Below the pieces are notes generated by a model. It saw nothing but the letters and a program-made list of their open reading frames with translations. It searched no databases and was not told the origin of the DNA. The translations under genes were made by a program, and so were the position numbers. Shown piece after piece: positions 45,962-56,150 of a stretch of DNA of 64,000 nucleotides (position 1 is the stretch's first letter; the number at the start of each line of letters is the position of its first letter). Origin of the DNA: an uncultured cyanobacterium (GTDB lineage Bacteria; Cyanobacteriota; Cyanobacteriia; CAKZMO01); assembly GCA_963719515.1 (NCBI GenBank), contig CAVRCJ010000003.1, forward strand, positions 512,001 through 576,000, given 5' to 3'.

Positions 45962-47044
45962 CTAAACCGTCATCGCAGATGAGGGCGGCTGAACTAATTC
46001 CAGGTCTAAATTGGGCTTGCTCCACATCTGACCGTCCTGAGCCATATGGTCGATGAGGCTGGCCAACCGCAGGGCCTTGAGCGCCTGCTCACCGCCGACT
46101 GAAGGCTGAAACCCGCCCCGGACGCAGTGAACAAAATGCTCTAGCTCCGCGTGCAAAGGCTCGATATTGCTGGTGTACACCTTCTCAATCAGGCCGTCCT
46201 GCCGGTAAAGGACCTGACCGTGATCTGTAGAGCAGTTGGCGGTAGTCTGCCGGTGAATCAAGATTTCGCTGTTGAGAAAATCGGCTTCGGTGAGGGACTG
46301 CTTGCAGTGGGCCACAATCCTGCGAATCTTACGGTGGGTCACCTTGCTAGCGGTAAGCGTGGCCACAATGCCGTTAGCGAATCCTAGAGTGGCGGTAACG
46401 TAGTCGAGCTGGCCCGAATCGGAGGCGCGGCTACCGCTAGCGGTCAAATGCACTGCGGGGGAGCCCACTAGCTCAAGCAGCAGGTCGATGTCGTGAATCA
46501 TCAAATCCAGCACCACCGAGACATCGTTAGCCCGATCGGAATAGGGGCTCATGCGGTGAGCCTCAATCGCCAAGAGCTCTTCTGCCTTAAGGACCTGGCT
46601 GAGCTCTTGAAACGCCGGGTTAAAGCGCTCGATATGTCCCACCTGGAGAATACATTTGAATTGAGCGGCCGCATTGACGAGGGACTCTGCCTCACTGATG
46701 CTGGCGGCAATAGGCTTTTCGATCAGCACGTGAACCCCAGACTTGAGGCAGGCCATGCCCACTTCGTAGTGCAGCCGCGTCGGCACCGCAATGCATACCG
46801 CATCGACCTGAGGCAGCAGGTCGCGGTAGTTCTCAAAAAATCGCGCCTGGTATTTGCTGGCGGTGTCAAGGCCGCGCTCAACATTGACGTCAGCGACGCC
46901 GATAAAAGAGACATCTTTCAGCAAACTCAAAACTCGTGCGTGGTGCTGGCCCATACTGCCGACGCCGATAATCCCCACTCGCAGAAGCTCTTTCTCTGCC
47001 TTGTGGCGATGGGTAGAGTAGTCGGCTGTTTGATTCGCTTGCAC
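45962..47044 (-). CDS. Gfo/Idh/MocA oxidoreductase
   Basis: GIIGVGSMG, LIEKP, GHIERFNP, DLMIHDID. Confidence 0.92.
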   Translation of the reverse strand: MQANQTADYSTHRHKAEKELLRVGIIGVGSMGQHHARVLSLLKDVSFIGVADVNVERGLDTASKYQARFFENYRDLLPQVDAVCIAVPTRLHYEVGMACLKSGVHVLIEKPIAASISEAESLVNAAAQFKCILQVGHIERFNPAFQELSQVLKAEELLAIEAHRMSPYSDRANDVSVVLDLMIHDIDLLLELVGSPAVHLTASGSRASDSGQLDYVTATLGFANGIVATLTASKVTHRKIRRIVAHCKQSLTEADFLNSEILIHRQTTANCSTDHGQVLYRQDGLIEKVYTSNIEPLHAELEHFVHCVRGGFQPSVGGEQALKALRLASLIDHMAQDGQMWSKPNLDLELVQPPSSAMTV

Positions 47045-47429
47045 GCCTTTTATGACCTCCTAAAATAAGTCTGCAGAATGCATATAGCCCTCGTCGTGCC
47101 GGTCACTCCGCTGATACAGCCCATGGGCAAATCGTACCACGACTATCTTTACCCAAATCACACGGTCAACGGGAGCAACCTGTGCCACCTCCGCAAGCTG
47201 AACGCTAACAGCAGCGGAACTTATGTAGTTGAGTCCGCCCCCCCTCTTATTCTTCTAGAGTTAAGGAAGACTAAACTCAAGGTCCCCCAAACACAGCTCT
47301 GTGGATAGATGAGAAAGGGGAATTGAGGGAGCCAGTAGGGAAGTCCTGAGGCATTAGAATTACGGTAGGTCAGCATTAATTTTGCTGACCCAGATGATTG
47401 CCTTAGCAGCAAGGTTAAAGACGTCGGCC

Positions 47430-48116
47430 ATGGCCTTAACGATTTTAGTTGTTGATGACGATGTTGGCATTCGGGTGGCCGTTTCGGATTACCTGCAGCT
47501 TTCGGGCTACCTCACCGTTGAGGCACAAGATGGCAAAGAAGCCTTAGAAAAAGTCGGACAGTATCATCCCCACCTCGTCATTGCTGACATTGGCATGCCG
47601 AGGATGTCAGGGTACGAACTCATTCAGCAGGTTCGTCGTCAGCCTGCATTTCGCCTACTGCCCATTATTTTCTTGACGGAGCGGACGACCACTGAAGAGC
47701 GCGTTCGAGGCTATGAAACCGGCTGCGATGTCTACTTGCCCAAGCCCTTTGAGCTCAAGGAGCTTAACGCCGTAGTGCGAAATTTGCTAGAGCGATCGCA
47801 GCTGATACAGACCGCATGGCATCTCCAGATGCATCGCCTCCCCTCCGAGTCTCCTCCAGAGCATTCAGGCGCTTCCCCGACGGCAGTCGACGTCGCACCT
47901 TCCTCCCCCCTGTCCGACTTTTCCATCGATCTCACCTCCCGAGAGCAAGAGGTTCTCGACCTCCTAACAAAAGGACTCTCCAATGCCCAAATTGGAGACG
48001 CCCTTCACCTAAGCGCCCGCACCATCGAAAAGTACGTCAGCAGCCTGCTGCGCAAAGCAGAGGTCAGCAATCGAGCAGAGCTTGTTCGCTTTGCCGTCGA
48101 TCACCATCTAATTTAG
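47430..48116 (+). CDS. NarL/LuxR-family response regulator
   Basis: ILVVDDD, ADIGMP, LPKPF, LTSREQEVL...GLSNAQI. Confidence 0.93.
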   Translation: MALTILVVDDDVGIRVAVSDYLQLSGYLTVEAQDGKEALEKVGQYHPHLVIADIGMPRMSGYELIQQVRRQPAFRLLPIIFLTERTTTEERVRGYETGCDVYLPKPFELKELNAVVRNLLERSQLIQTAWHLQMHRLPSESPPEHSGASPTAVDVAPSSPLSDFSIDLTSREQEVLDLLTKGLSNAQIGDALHLSARTIEKYVSSLLRKAEVSNRAELVRFAVDHHLI

Positions 48117-48180
48117 CCTTTCACGATTTGGCCCTTTAGGCTTGACCCCTGACGAATTGCTTCCCCAGTTCGCCTTTGCG

Positions 48181-48663
48181 CTAAGCCTGCAGCTCGGTTT
48201 GAAGCACGTAGGTTAGCAGCCCCCGACAGGCGTCCAGCAGCAGGTCTATAACATGGTTGAAGCCGTCGGTGCCGCCGTAGTAGGGATCTGGAACCTCCTG
48301 ATCACTATGCTGGGAGGCAAACTCGCACATCTGTCGCACTTTGTGGCGGTAGTTCCCCTGGGGGTCGAGCTGAAGGATGTCGCGGTAGTTGGCCCGATCC
48401 ATCGCCACGACCAGGTCAAACGCTTCGAAATCTTCGGCGATAAACTGACGAGCCTGGCCCGCGAGCGCAATGCCCTGCTGCTTAGCCGCCATCGTCATCC
48501 GACCGTCGGGGGCGCTGCCGATGTGGTAGCTTGACGTGCCTGCAGAATCGCAGCTAATTTCGTCCTCAAGCTGCTGCTGGTGGATCAGATGGGTCATGAT
48601 TCCTTCGGCAGAAGGCGATCGGCAAATATTTCCGAGGCAGACGAACAGGATTTTGTAGGGCAT
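48181..48663 (-). CDS. Low-molecular-weight protein-tyrosine phosphatase
   Basis: FVCLGNICRS, VPDPYYG. Confidence 0.95.
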   Translation of the reverse strand: MPYKILFVCLGNICRSPSAEGIMTHLIHQQQLEDEISCDSAGTSSYHIGSAPDGRMTMAAKQQGIALAGQARQFIAEDFEAFDLVVAMDRANYRDILQLDPQGNYRHKVRQMCEFASQHSDQEVPDPYYGGTDGFNHVIDLLLDACRGLLTYVLQTELQA

Positions 48664-48797
48664 GTTGGGACGGGCAGTAACGGCTTGAGTTTGGAGAGCG
48701 CTGAGAATGGAGTTACAGCGTGTAAGCAACAAGGACCACAACAGAGATAGAGATGCTATACTCGCAGGACAGTCAGCTCAGTTGGGTTGGCAAGTTA

Positions 48798-48870
48798 GGG
48801 CATGTAGCTCAGTGGATAGAGCATCAGATTCCGGTTCTGAGGGTCGGGGGTTCGAATCCCTCCATGCTCG
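48798..48870 (+). tRNA. tRNA-Arg(CCG)
   Basis: Cloverleaf, anticodon loop TTCCGGT, GGTTCGAATCC. Confidence 0.97.
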
Positions 48871-49063
48871 TTTGATTTAACCTAAATGGCAAGCGTGCTA
48901 GATAGCGTTTAAGGTGTGCATCACGAGCTAGTTTATTGAACTACGCTCGAATCAGCGTAGATTGCCCTGAAGTAGACTAGCTCAAATTTGGCCTGCGCTG
49001 GCAACCCGCTTCACGCTTACTGGTTTCGGCTACTCTGGAGAGTGCCGACGTTGTGCTGTCGCC

Positions 49064-49648
49064 GTGTTCTCCCCCATCGACCTGCTCTGGGCCTTGATCG
49101 GCCTGATATTAACCATAGGCGGGACATTCTTAGAAGCCTCCATGGCTGGGATTCCGCTCAATTGGTTCGACCCTACAATTCCAGTGCTGTCGCTGCGGGT
49201 GACTTGGCAGGTTGGGGCCGTGCTGCTCATTGGCTGCCTTGGTGGGCGCAATGCAGCGGCCATTTCTCAAATTGCCTACCTATTGCTTGGCCTGACTTGG
49301 TTCAACGTTTTCACCGCTGGCGGGGGACCGAGCTATATTTTTCAGCCGACGTTTGGCTATCTGTTGGGGTTTGTCCCCGCCGCCTGGCTTTGCGGCTGGC
49401 TGGCGTTTCGGCTTCCGCGTCGTCTAGAATCTATTGCCTTCAGCAATCTGTGCGGGCTGCTGACCATTCACGCTGCTGGATTGAGCTACTTGGCGATCGC
49501 CCAAGCAATTACCTGGGATAATACGAGCCTGGGGTCGTTTGCCCGTATGGCAGTCAATTATTCTCTAATTCCGCTGCCGGGCCAGCTTGTTCTGGTTTGT
49601 GCCGTAGCGGTAATTGCTTTTCTACTGCGATACCTCTTGCTGTACTGA
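49064..49648 (+). CDS. bioY: Biotin transporter
   Basis: TWQVGAVLL, YLLLGL, PTFGYLLGF. Confidence 0.9.
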   Translation: MFSPIDLLWALIGLILTIGGTFLEASMAGIPLNWFDPTIPVLSLRVTWQVGAVLLIGCLGGRNAAAISQIAYLLLGLTWFNVFTAGGGPSYIFQPTFGYLLGFVPAAWLCGWLAFRLPRRLESIAFSNLCGLLTIHAAGLSYLAIAQAITWDNTSLGSFARMAVNYSLIPLPGQLVLVCAVAVIAFLLRYLLLY

Positions 49649-49695
49649 ATTTTGACTAATTCTGCATTTGACCCTGCCTTTTCCCCCATTTAATA

Positions 49696-50181
49696 ATGTC
49701 GACCAAAAATCGTCTCTTCTGGATTGCCGCTGCGATCGCGATCGCCCTAGACCAGCTCACGAAATATTGGGTCGTTCAGGCCATGATGCTGCAGGAATCA
49801 GTGCCGCTGTGGGAAGGAGTATTTCACTTTACCTATGTCCTCAACGAGGGCGCGGCCTTCAGCTTGTTCAGCGATAACGGCGGTTGGCTGCGGTGGCTGT
49901 CTCTGATTGTGAGCATAGGGCTAGCGGCCCTAGCGCTCTTAGGTCCGCCCATGACCCGCTGGGAGCAGTGGGGGTTCGGCTTCATTTTGGGGGGAGCGCT
50001 AGGCAACGGCATTGACCGCTTTGCCAGCGGGGCGGTGGTCGATTTTCTGGACTTTCGGCTGATTCGCTTCCCAATTTTTAACCTGGCCGACGTATTTATT
50101 AACGTCGGCATTGCCTGCCTGATGATAGCGGCGTTTTGGCAGTCAGGGCCGTCCAACCGTAGCGATCGCCCCTCTAAGTGA
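49696..50181 (+). CDS. lspA: Lipoprotein signal peptidase II
   Basis: LDQLTK, NEGAAFS, GALGNGIDR, VVDF, FNLAD. Confidence 0.96.
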   Translation: MSTKNRLFWIAAAIAIALDQLTKYWVVQAMMLQESVPLWEGVFHFTYVLNEGAAFSLFSDNGGWLRWLSLIVSIGLAALALLGPPMTRWEQWGFGFILGGALGNGIDRFASGAVVDFLDFRLIRFPIFNLADVFINVGIACLMIAAFWQSGPSNRSDRPSK

Positions 50182-50230
50182 GCCAAAATTGGGCTGTTAC
50201 TGCAAATAATCCCAAAACGGTGTAGCAGCA

Positions 50231-51760
50231 ATGTTCGCTGAAATCAATATCACTGACCTCCCTGACGTCATTTTGGAGGCGAGCCCGGGCGTCTCTAGCG
50301 CGATCGCAGACGATGGCCGCGATGATGGAGCCGCAATCCAGGCGACGCTGGACTGGCTAGCCGAGCAGCAGGCCGCAGGCCTCACCGCAGGGCTAACCCT
50401 TTACCTGCCCCAAGGCACTTTCGAGCTGAGAGAAACCCTGCGCGTGGACACCCCTAACGTGACCTTTCGCGGCGCTGGGGGCAGGCTCACCGTTCTGCAG
50501 AATGGTGACGAATTCGAGGTTGGCTTGGCGGGGCTCCCGGACTCAGGCACCAACGCCAGCTCCGTCGACAGCGCGGCCTACCTGTTCGATTTGGGCGAGA
50601 ATGCCGACAACGTCACATTTTCGGATATGACCCTAACCGGACCAGAGATCCACGGCGGTATCTTTGGCTTTAAGGCTGACGGCCTTGAGGTCAGCGATAT
50701 GGTCTTTGACAATTTTTTGTGGAGTGCGGTCCGCCTCTTTAATTTGAGTGATGCCAAGATTCACGACAGCGTCTTCGTCGATGCGGGTGGGCAGGCAGAA
50801 GGCAGCAGCGGCGAAACCGCCGGTTCGATCTATGCAACCTACCTAAAAGACTCCCAAATCTACAACAACGAAATCTCTAAAAGCGGAGAGAGCGCGCGCA
50901 ACGTCTACGGAATTAAAGGGCGGCAGTTTAAGAACGCAGAAATTTATAACAACACGATCAACACCAATTTCGCTATTGAGCTTCCCCACGAGAACGATGA
51001 GTTTGTTGAAATCCACCACAATTTCTTAGACGGGGTCATTTCAATTCCGAAATATGGCGGGGGCAGCGTGCCTGATACGGGGTTTACGTTCCACATTCAC
51101 CATAACTATTTTACGCGCTCTTATTCTCTAGAATGGACCCGCAACGGGGCTAAGGTTGACCACAACGTATTCGTTTTCGACCCTGAGCAAGATGGCGGCA
51201 ATTTAATTTCGAGCTTTGGCTCACAGCCTGCGCCGGGGCCCACTGAATTTAGCAACAATCTTATTTTGAATCCGGGGCGAGGCGTCTTTTGGGGGGAGGG
51301 CGTCTACAACAATTTCTCGTTTCGCAACAATGAAGTGATAGTCAACGAGACGGTAACCCCCCGGACTGACGGTCTTTTTGGCCTCGACAGCGACACAAAC
51401 TTCAGCACCATCGAAATTTCAAACAACGTCATTGAGGTCAGAGGAACCCCGCGCCCGCTGATGCGCAATGACGCGAGCTACGGCGCAACGGTGAAAAACA
51501 ACACCTTGAGGAATGTCTCTGACGCGGATCGGTACGACAATTCCCGCAGCAGTGCCCCTCGTGGTTTGGCGGAGCCCTTAGCGTTTCGGGTCGGGGTGTA
51601 CGGTAAGTTTGGCGTAGATAGCGATCGCCTCCGCGCGGAGGCCCTTAAGGATGAATCTAAGAGTGAATCCAAAAGTTTGTGGATGCGCCAGAGCTACAAT
51701 CTGATTCAGCAGCAGCCTTGGCTCAAGCCGCTTTTTCAGTGGTTTGAGGACCGCCTTTGA
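50231..51760 (+). CDS. Right-handed parallel beta-helix (pectate-lyase-like) protein
   Basis: DDGRDDGAAIQA...LYLPQGTF and repeated I-x-N-N strands. Confidence 0.8.
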   Translation: MFAEINITDLPDVILEASPGVSSAIADDGRDDGAAIQATLDWLAEQQAAGLTAGLTLYLPQGTFELRETLRVDTPNVTFRGAGGRLTVLQNGDEFEVGLAGLPDSGTNASSVDSAAYLFDLGENADNVTFSDMTLTGPEIHGGIFGFKADGLEVSDMVFDNFLWSAVRLFNLSDAKIHDSVFVDAGGQAEGSSGETAGSIYATYLKDSQIYNNEISKSGESARNVYGIKGRQFKNAEIYNNTINTNFAIELPHENDEFVEIHHNFLDGVISIPKYGGGSVPDTGFTFHIHHNYFTRSYSLEWTRNGAKVDHNVFVFDPEQDGGNLISSFGSQPAPGPTEFSNNLILNPGRGVFWGEGVYNNFSFRNNEVIVNETVTPRTDGLFGLDSDTNFSTIEISNNVIEVRGTPRPLMRNDASYGATVKNNTLRNVSDADRYDNSRSSAPRGLAEPLAFRVGVYGKFGVDSDRLRAEALKDESKSESKSLWMRQSYNLIQQQPWLKPLFQWFEDRL

Positions 51761-51848
51761 GCGAATCTCCTCAGCCAAGCGTTTCGTGGCCATGCCTCTC
51801 GGGCTGCTCCCTCGAACCTGACGAAAAGGACCACCTACAGGCATCGCC

Positions 51849-54764
51849 ATGAATCGAGTTGCCCTCGTCGTCGGCATCAACACCTACAGCCACTTCAACC
51901 CGCTCAGCGCTCCTGCTAAAGATGCTGAGGCGATCGCCCAGCGGCTGCAGCAGGATGGGGAGTTTAAGGTGATTCGCTTGCCGGAGGCCATTGGCCGCGA
52001 TGGTGAAGGCGGCTATACCCGCAAGGCGGGCAAGCGAACCGAGGTGACCCAAGCGGAGCTAGAGCAGGCCCTAAAGCAGCTCTTCCGGCCCAATAGCCCC
52101 CAAACTCCGGACGCCGCGCTGTTCTACTTTTCCGGCCACGGCCTCCGCGATGCCGAGGGTGCTGAGGGGCTGGACAAGGGCTACCTGGCCACCAGCGAGA
52201 CCGACCCCAACCAGTCCCGACCGGGCCTATCCCTGGCCTGGCTCCAAAACCTGCTGGCCCGCAGCCCCATCAAAAACCAGATCGTCTGGCTGGACTGCTG
52301 CCACAGCGGCAGCCTGCTGATCGACGTGGGGTCCGCCAACCCTGGCCACAGCAGCGACCATAACCGCTGCTTTGTTGCATCTTCTCGCGACTTTGAGCAG
52401 TCTTGGCAAGACCTCAACAGCCCCTACAGCGTGCTGACCAAAGCGCTGCTGGATGGCCTCGACCCATCGCGGGTAGCGCAGCGGTGGGTTGACTCGTTTT
52501 CTTTGGCGGACTACGTCAACCAAGCCCTTAAAGGAGACCTGCAGTCGCCCATTTGCACCAACTTTGGCGATGCCATTGACCTGACCCATGCCGGGCAACT
52601 GGCGGTAGCAGATGCCAGCGCTACCCAGGGCACAGACATCTGCCCCTACAAAGGGCTCAGCTACTTTGACTGCAACGGCGAAGACCCCAAGTATTTCTTT
52701 GGCCGCGAGGCGCTGACGGACCAACTGCTGGATCATGTGCGGCAGCAAAGCTTTTTAGCGATTGTGGGCGCATCGGGCAGCGGCAAATCCTCGGTGCTGC
52801 GGGCGGGGCTGCTGCACCAGCTACAGCGGGGGCGGCGACTGCTGGGGAGTGACCAGTGGGAGGTGCGCGTGATGCTGCCGGGGGAGCAGCCGCTGCAGAA
52901 TTTGGCGCTGGCCTTTGTGGATGAGGACCTGCCGAAGCTGGACCGGGCGGCGCAGCTGGGAAAGGCGGAGCGGCTGATTAAGGCGGGGGCCGATGGGCTG
53001 CGGCGGCTGGTGAGCACGTCGGACGCGCCGAAGGTGGTGCTGGTGGTGGACCAGTTTGAGGAGGCCTTTACCCTGTGCCAAGATGCGGCGGAGCGGGAGG
53101 CCTTTTTTGGCGTGCTGCTGGGGGCGCTGGAGGCTCTGCCGGAGCGGCTTTGCCTGGTGGTGGCGATGCGATCGGACTTTGTGGGCAAGTGCTTTGAGCA
53201 GGACTACGGCGGGCTGGCGCGGCAGGTCCAGAAAAATTTGGTGGCGGTGACGCCGATGAACCGCGATGAGCTGACGGATGCGATTTTGGAACCGGCGAAG
53301 CGGGTCGAGCTATCGGCGGAGCCGGAGCTGGTGAAGGTCGCTGCTGGATGATGTGGAGAAGTCGCCGGGGAATTTGCCGCTGCTGCAGTACACGCTGCGG
53401 GAGCTGTGGAACCAGCGGCAGGAAAATACGCTACAGCTGAAGACCTACGCCCAGCTGGGCGGGGTGACGGGGACGCTGCAGCAGCGGGCGAATGCGGTGT
53501 ACGAGTCTTTGGATACTGCGCAGCAGGCCACGGCGCGGCATGTGTTTTTGAATTTGACCCAGCTGGGGGAAGGGACGGAGGACACCCGGCGGCGGGTGCT
53601 GAAGCAGAGCTTGGTGACTAGCCAGCATCCTGCGCCAGTGGTGGATGCGGTGGTGCAGCGGCTGGCGGATGAGAACCTGGTGGTGACCAGTGAGCTGGTG
53701 GGCAAGGGGAGTGAGGGGCAGCGGCTGGCGGTGGTGGATGTGGCCCATGAGGCGCTGATTCGCCATTGGCCGCGATTGCGGCGGTGGCTAGACGCGGACC
53801 GGGATTTGCTGCGGCAGCAGCGGAAGATTGAGCAGGCCGCTGACGAGTGGACACAGCAGCAAGTTTGTAAGCAGCTATTTGCTTGAGGGACGACAGCTGA
53901 CCGATGCAAAGCTGTTTGAGAAGAAACATGAGGACAGTCTACCGCTCTCGGAAATAGCCAGCGAGATACTTGAGCAGAGTAGTCGCAAGCGTCGCAACAA
54001 TCGGCTTAGGCTAACTATTCTAGGCGCAATTATTCCACTTGGACTAGCAACTTATGCGGGTATTCAAGTGGCTGAATACATGAGACTGCGTCCTCATTGG
54101 GATACCCTTTACGCCTACGACAGCGAGGCTAATCCTATCTCCAGAAATGCTCTCGTTAGAGCTGCTGAGACTATCAACGGCTCTAGACGTTCCCTCGCTA
54201 GAATCAGCTTGCCAAATGCTGACCTCATCAGCGCCAACCTCATCAGCGCCAACCTCATCGACGCCAACCTCAGCAGCGCCAATCTCCGCAGAGCCGACCT
54301 CAGCAGCGCCGACCTCATCAGCGCCGACCTCATCGACGCCGACCTCAGCGACGCCAACCTCATCGACGCCAACCTCAGCAGAGCTAACCTCCGCAGCGCC
54401 GACCTCAGCAGCACCGACCTCCGCAGCACCGACCTCAGCAGCGCCGACCTCTTCAGAGCCGACCTCTTCAGAGCCAACCTCAGCAGCGCCAACCTCAGCA
54501 GCGCCGACCTCCTCATCGCCAACCTCAGCAGCGCCTTTCTGCTAGCCAGTGACTTTCGAGAATCGAAAAACCTCACTGCTGAAGCAATTCAATGGTGACG
54601 AGCCACCGTTACTCTGCAACATCGCGCTGCCGTCCTATCTCAACGATATCGACCCCGATCGCGATTGCGACCAAATGCCTCAAGCCTTAAGCGATCGCTA
54701 CAACATCCCCCTAGAAGAAGCCCAGCAAATCGTAGACGTAGCCCGCAAAAAGCAATGGGACTAG
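51849..54764 (+). pseudogene. Caspase (C14)-nSTAND1 NTPase-TM-pentapeptide-repeat protein split by three +1 frameshifts
   Basis: FSGHG/LDCCHSG dyad, CPYKGL, GASGSGKSS, VDQFEE, LPLLQYTL, HEALIRHW; shifts near 53336, 53850 and 54583. Confidence 0.88.
54218..54532 (+). repeat. 21 x 15-bp pentapeptide repeat A(D/N)Lxx
   Basis: GCC RAC CTC NNC NNC units. Confidence 0.95.
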
Positions 54765-54940
54765 ACCTCTAAAATCTGCTCAGCCGTTACCACAAGTCCC
54801 TCAACTACAGAGGTCACAACGCGATCGCGCATTCCGTGAACCGATAGCGATCGCCTCCAGCGTAAAACCCCCGTTACCGCCTAGGCTGCGGCAAGACCAC
54901 GCCTCGCCCAATCTCGCCCCGCTTCCCAATAAATTTTAAC

Positions 54941-55363
54941 TTTTAGGCGGGAAGTCCCGCGCTTTAATCTTTGATTAAGCGTCGGGATGAGAGCCGCGTG
55001 AGCCGGAGGTGAACAGTACTTGTGCATGCTAGAATGTATACATATCAATTGTTTAGCAAGGTTTTCCACCCCTCCAAGGTGTTCGTCGAGAAAAGTATCA
55101 CCCATAGAAAACGTAACGGTGACGCGACACAGTTTTTGGAAGAAAGGAAGCTCAAAAAAGCAATCTGTCTGGGGTTGGTCATTGCCCGGACGTAAAACAA
55201 ATTTCCTATGGATGGGATCCAATCGGGGCCAGTACAGCTTGCTGTATGGCTAGACAGGACCAGATGAAGTAGGAAACCTTCTTGTGCGGTACCCATTCGT
55301 TTGCGGTGCGTGAGCCAAGAAGCCCGCGCTATATACGCAGCATCAGCGTCGGGAGTATGTCAC
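54941..55363 (+). mobile_element. Non-autonomous IS200/IS605-derived mini-element (no tnpA or tnpB)
   Basis: Left and right end hairpins closely match those of the 16228-17710 element; ends in GTCAC, preceded by TTTAAC. Confidence 0.82.
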
Positions 55364-55377
55364 TTTCGCTAGTACGG

Positions 55378-55406
55378 TTGTCACGGGCCGCAACATCCGC
55401 TAAAGT
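55378..55406 (+). promoter_or_regulatory. Sigma70-type promoter TTGTCA-N17-TAAAGT
   Basis: -35 at 55378-55383, -10 at 55401-55406, immediately before a structured leader. Confidence 0.6.
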
Positions 55407-55412
55407 TTCTAT

Positions 55413-55627
55413 CCATGGGTGCCAACCGCACCCAACTTACGAGACGCCCAATACTTTAGCGCGCCCCCTGGCAGTGCGACCACACTAGCCAGAGAGCATC
55501 ACCACCGCGTTGACAGTACCAACGCGATGGCTACCGCCGATTTTATCCTGTGGTAGCCATCCCGTTCTTCACCGGTGGATGGCTAGACGATCTGGGCGTC
55601 TTTCCTCCAAACCACAGGAAAAACCTC
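55413..55627 (+). promoter_or_regulatory. Structured ~215-nt 5' leader with alternative pairings
   Basis: Several perfect inverted repeats, including anti-RBS TCCTGTGGT/ACCACAGGA. Confidence 0.6.
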
Positions 55628-56001
55628 ATGATTTACCTTCTCAGCGACCCCCAGGGCCGCACCGATTCCCCTACCCATCCGATCGCCTTCTCCGCCCCCC
55701 GTACGGGCGACCGGCCGGTCGCCCCCTACATCGGAACGCCCCCCATACCGCGATCGCCCCCCACGCGCCGCATCCCGAAGCCGCCGCACCGGAATTCTAT
55801 TCCCTGCGGCTGATCGCCCTTGGCCACCCCCACGCCGTCGACAACTGTCGCCTGCGGCTGCATAAGCTGGGCTACGCCGACCCCAACGACTGGTCCATCC
55901 CGCTGCCGATCATTCGCTCTACTGAGGTGATCCGCGCCGCCAAACCGGGCGAAATCATGCGCATTCTCACCAAGCGCGTTGCGCCTCCAGCGATCGCGTA
56001 G
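55628..56001 (+). CDS. Small cyanobacterial hypothetical protein (LHKLGYADPNDWS motif), probably frameshifted at a C6 run (55739-55744)
   Basis: ATG 55628 with AGGA RBS is one frame off the domain LRLIALGHPHAV...LGYADPNDWS...GEIMRILTK. Confidence 0.6.
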
Positions 56002-56150
56002 GAGCCGTATCCCCAAGGGTGATATAGGGGCGCAGCATGACTGTGCCCTTACGGCCCCTATCGCGCGCGCCGTATCTCCGAGAGCGAGGGCGATCGCCCC
56101 ACCGGCTACAATTCAAGAACTGACACGCTCTGTGTGATAGGAGTCGAAAC

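Noticed and set aside
50182..50230. att-site duplicate of the tRNA-Phe 3' end bounding the island
   Set aside because: No TGCCAGGACCC-like copy seen and no integrase.
54218..54532. DGR variable repeat (NNC codons) in the pentapeptide array
   Set aside because: Variation is not adenine-specific (consensus AGC to ATC, no AAC retained at the variable codons), and no reverse transcriptase or template repeat is in the window.
54881..55296. ORFs 54881-55222(-), 55020-55253(+) and 55045-55296(-) as genes
   Set aside because: They lie in or across the mini-IS and its end hairpins, with no recognisable motifs.
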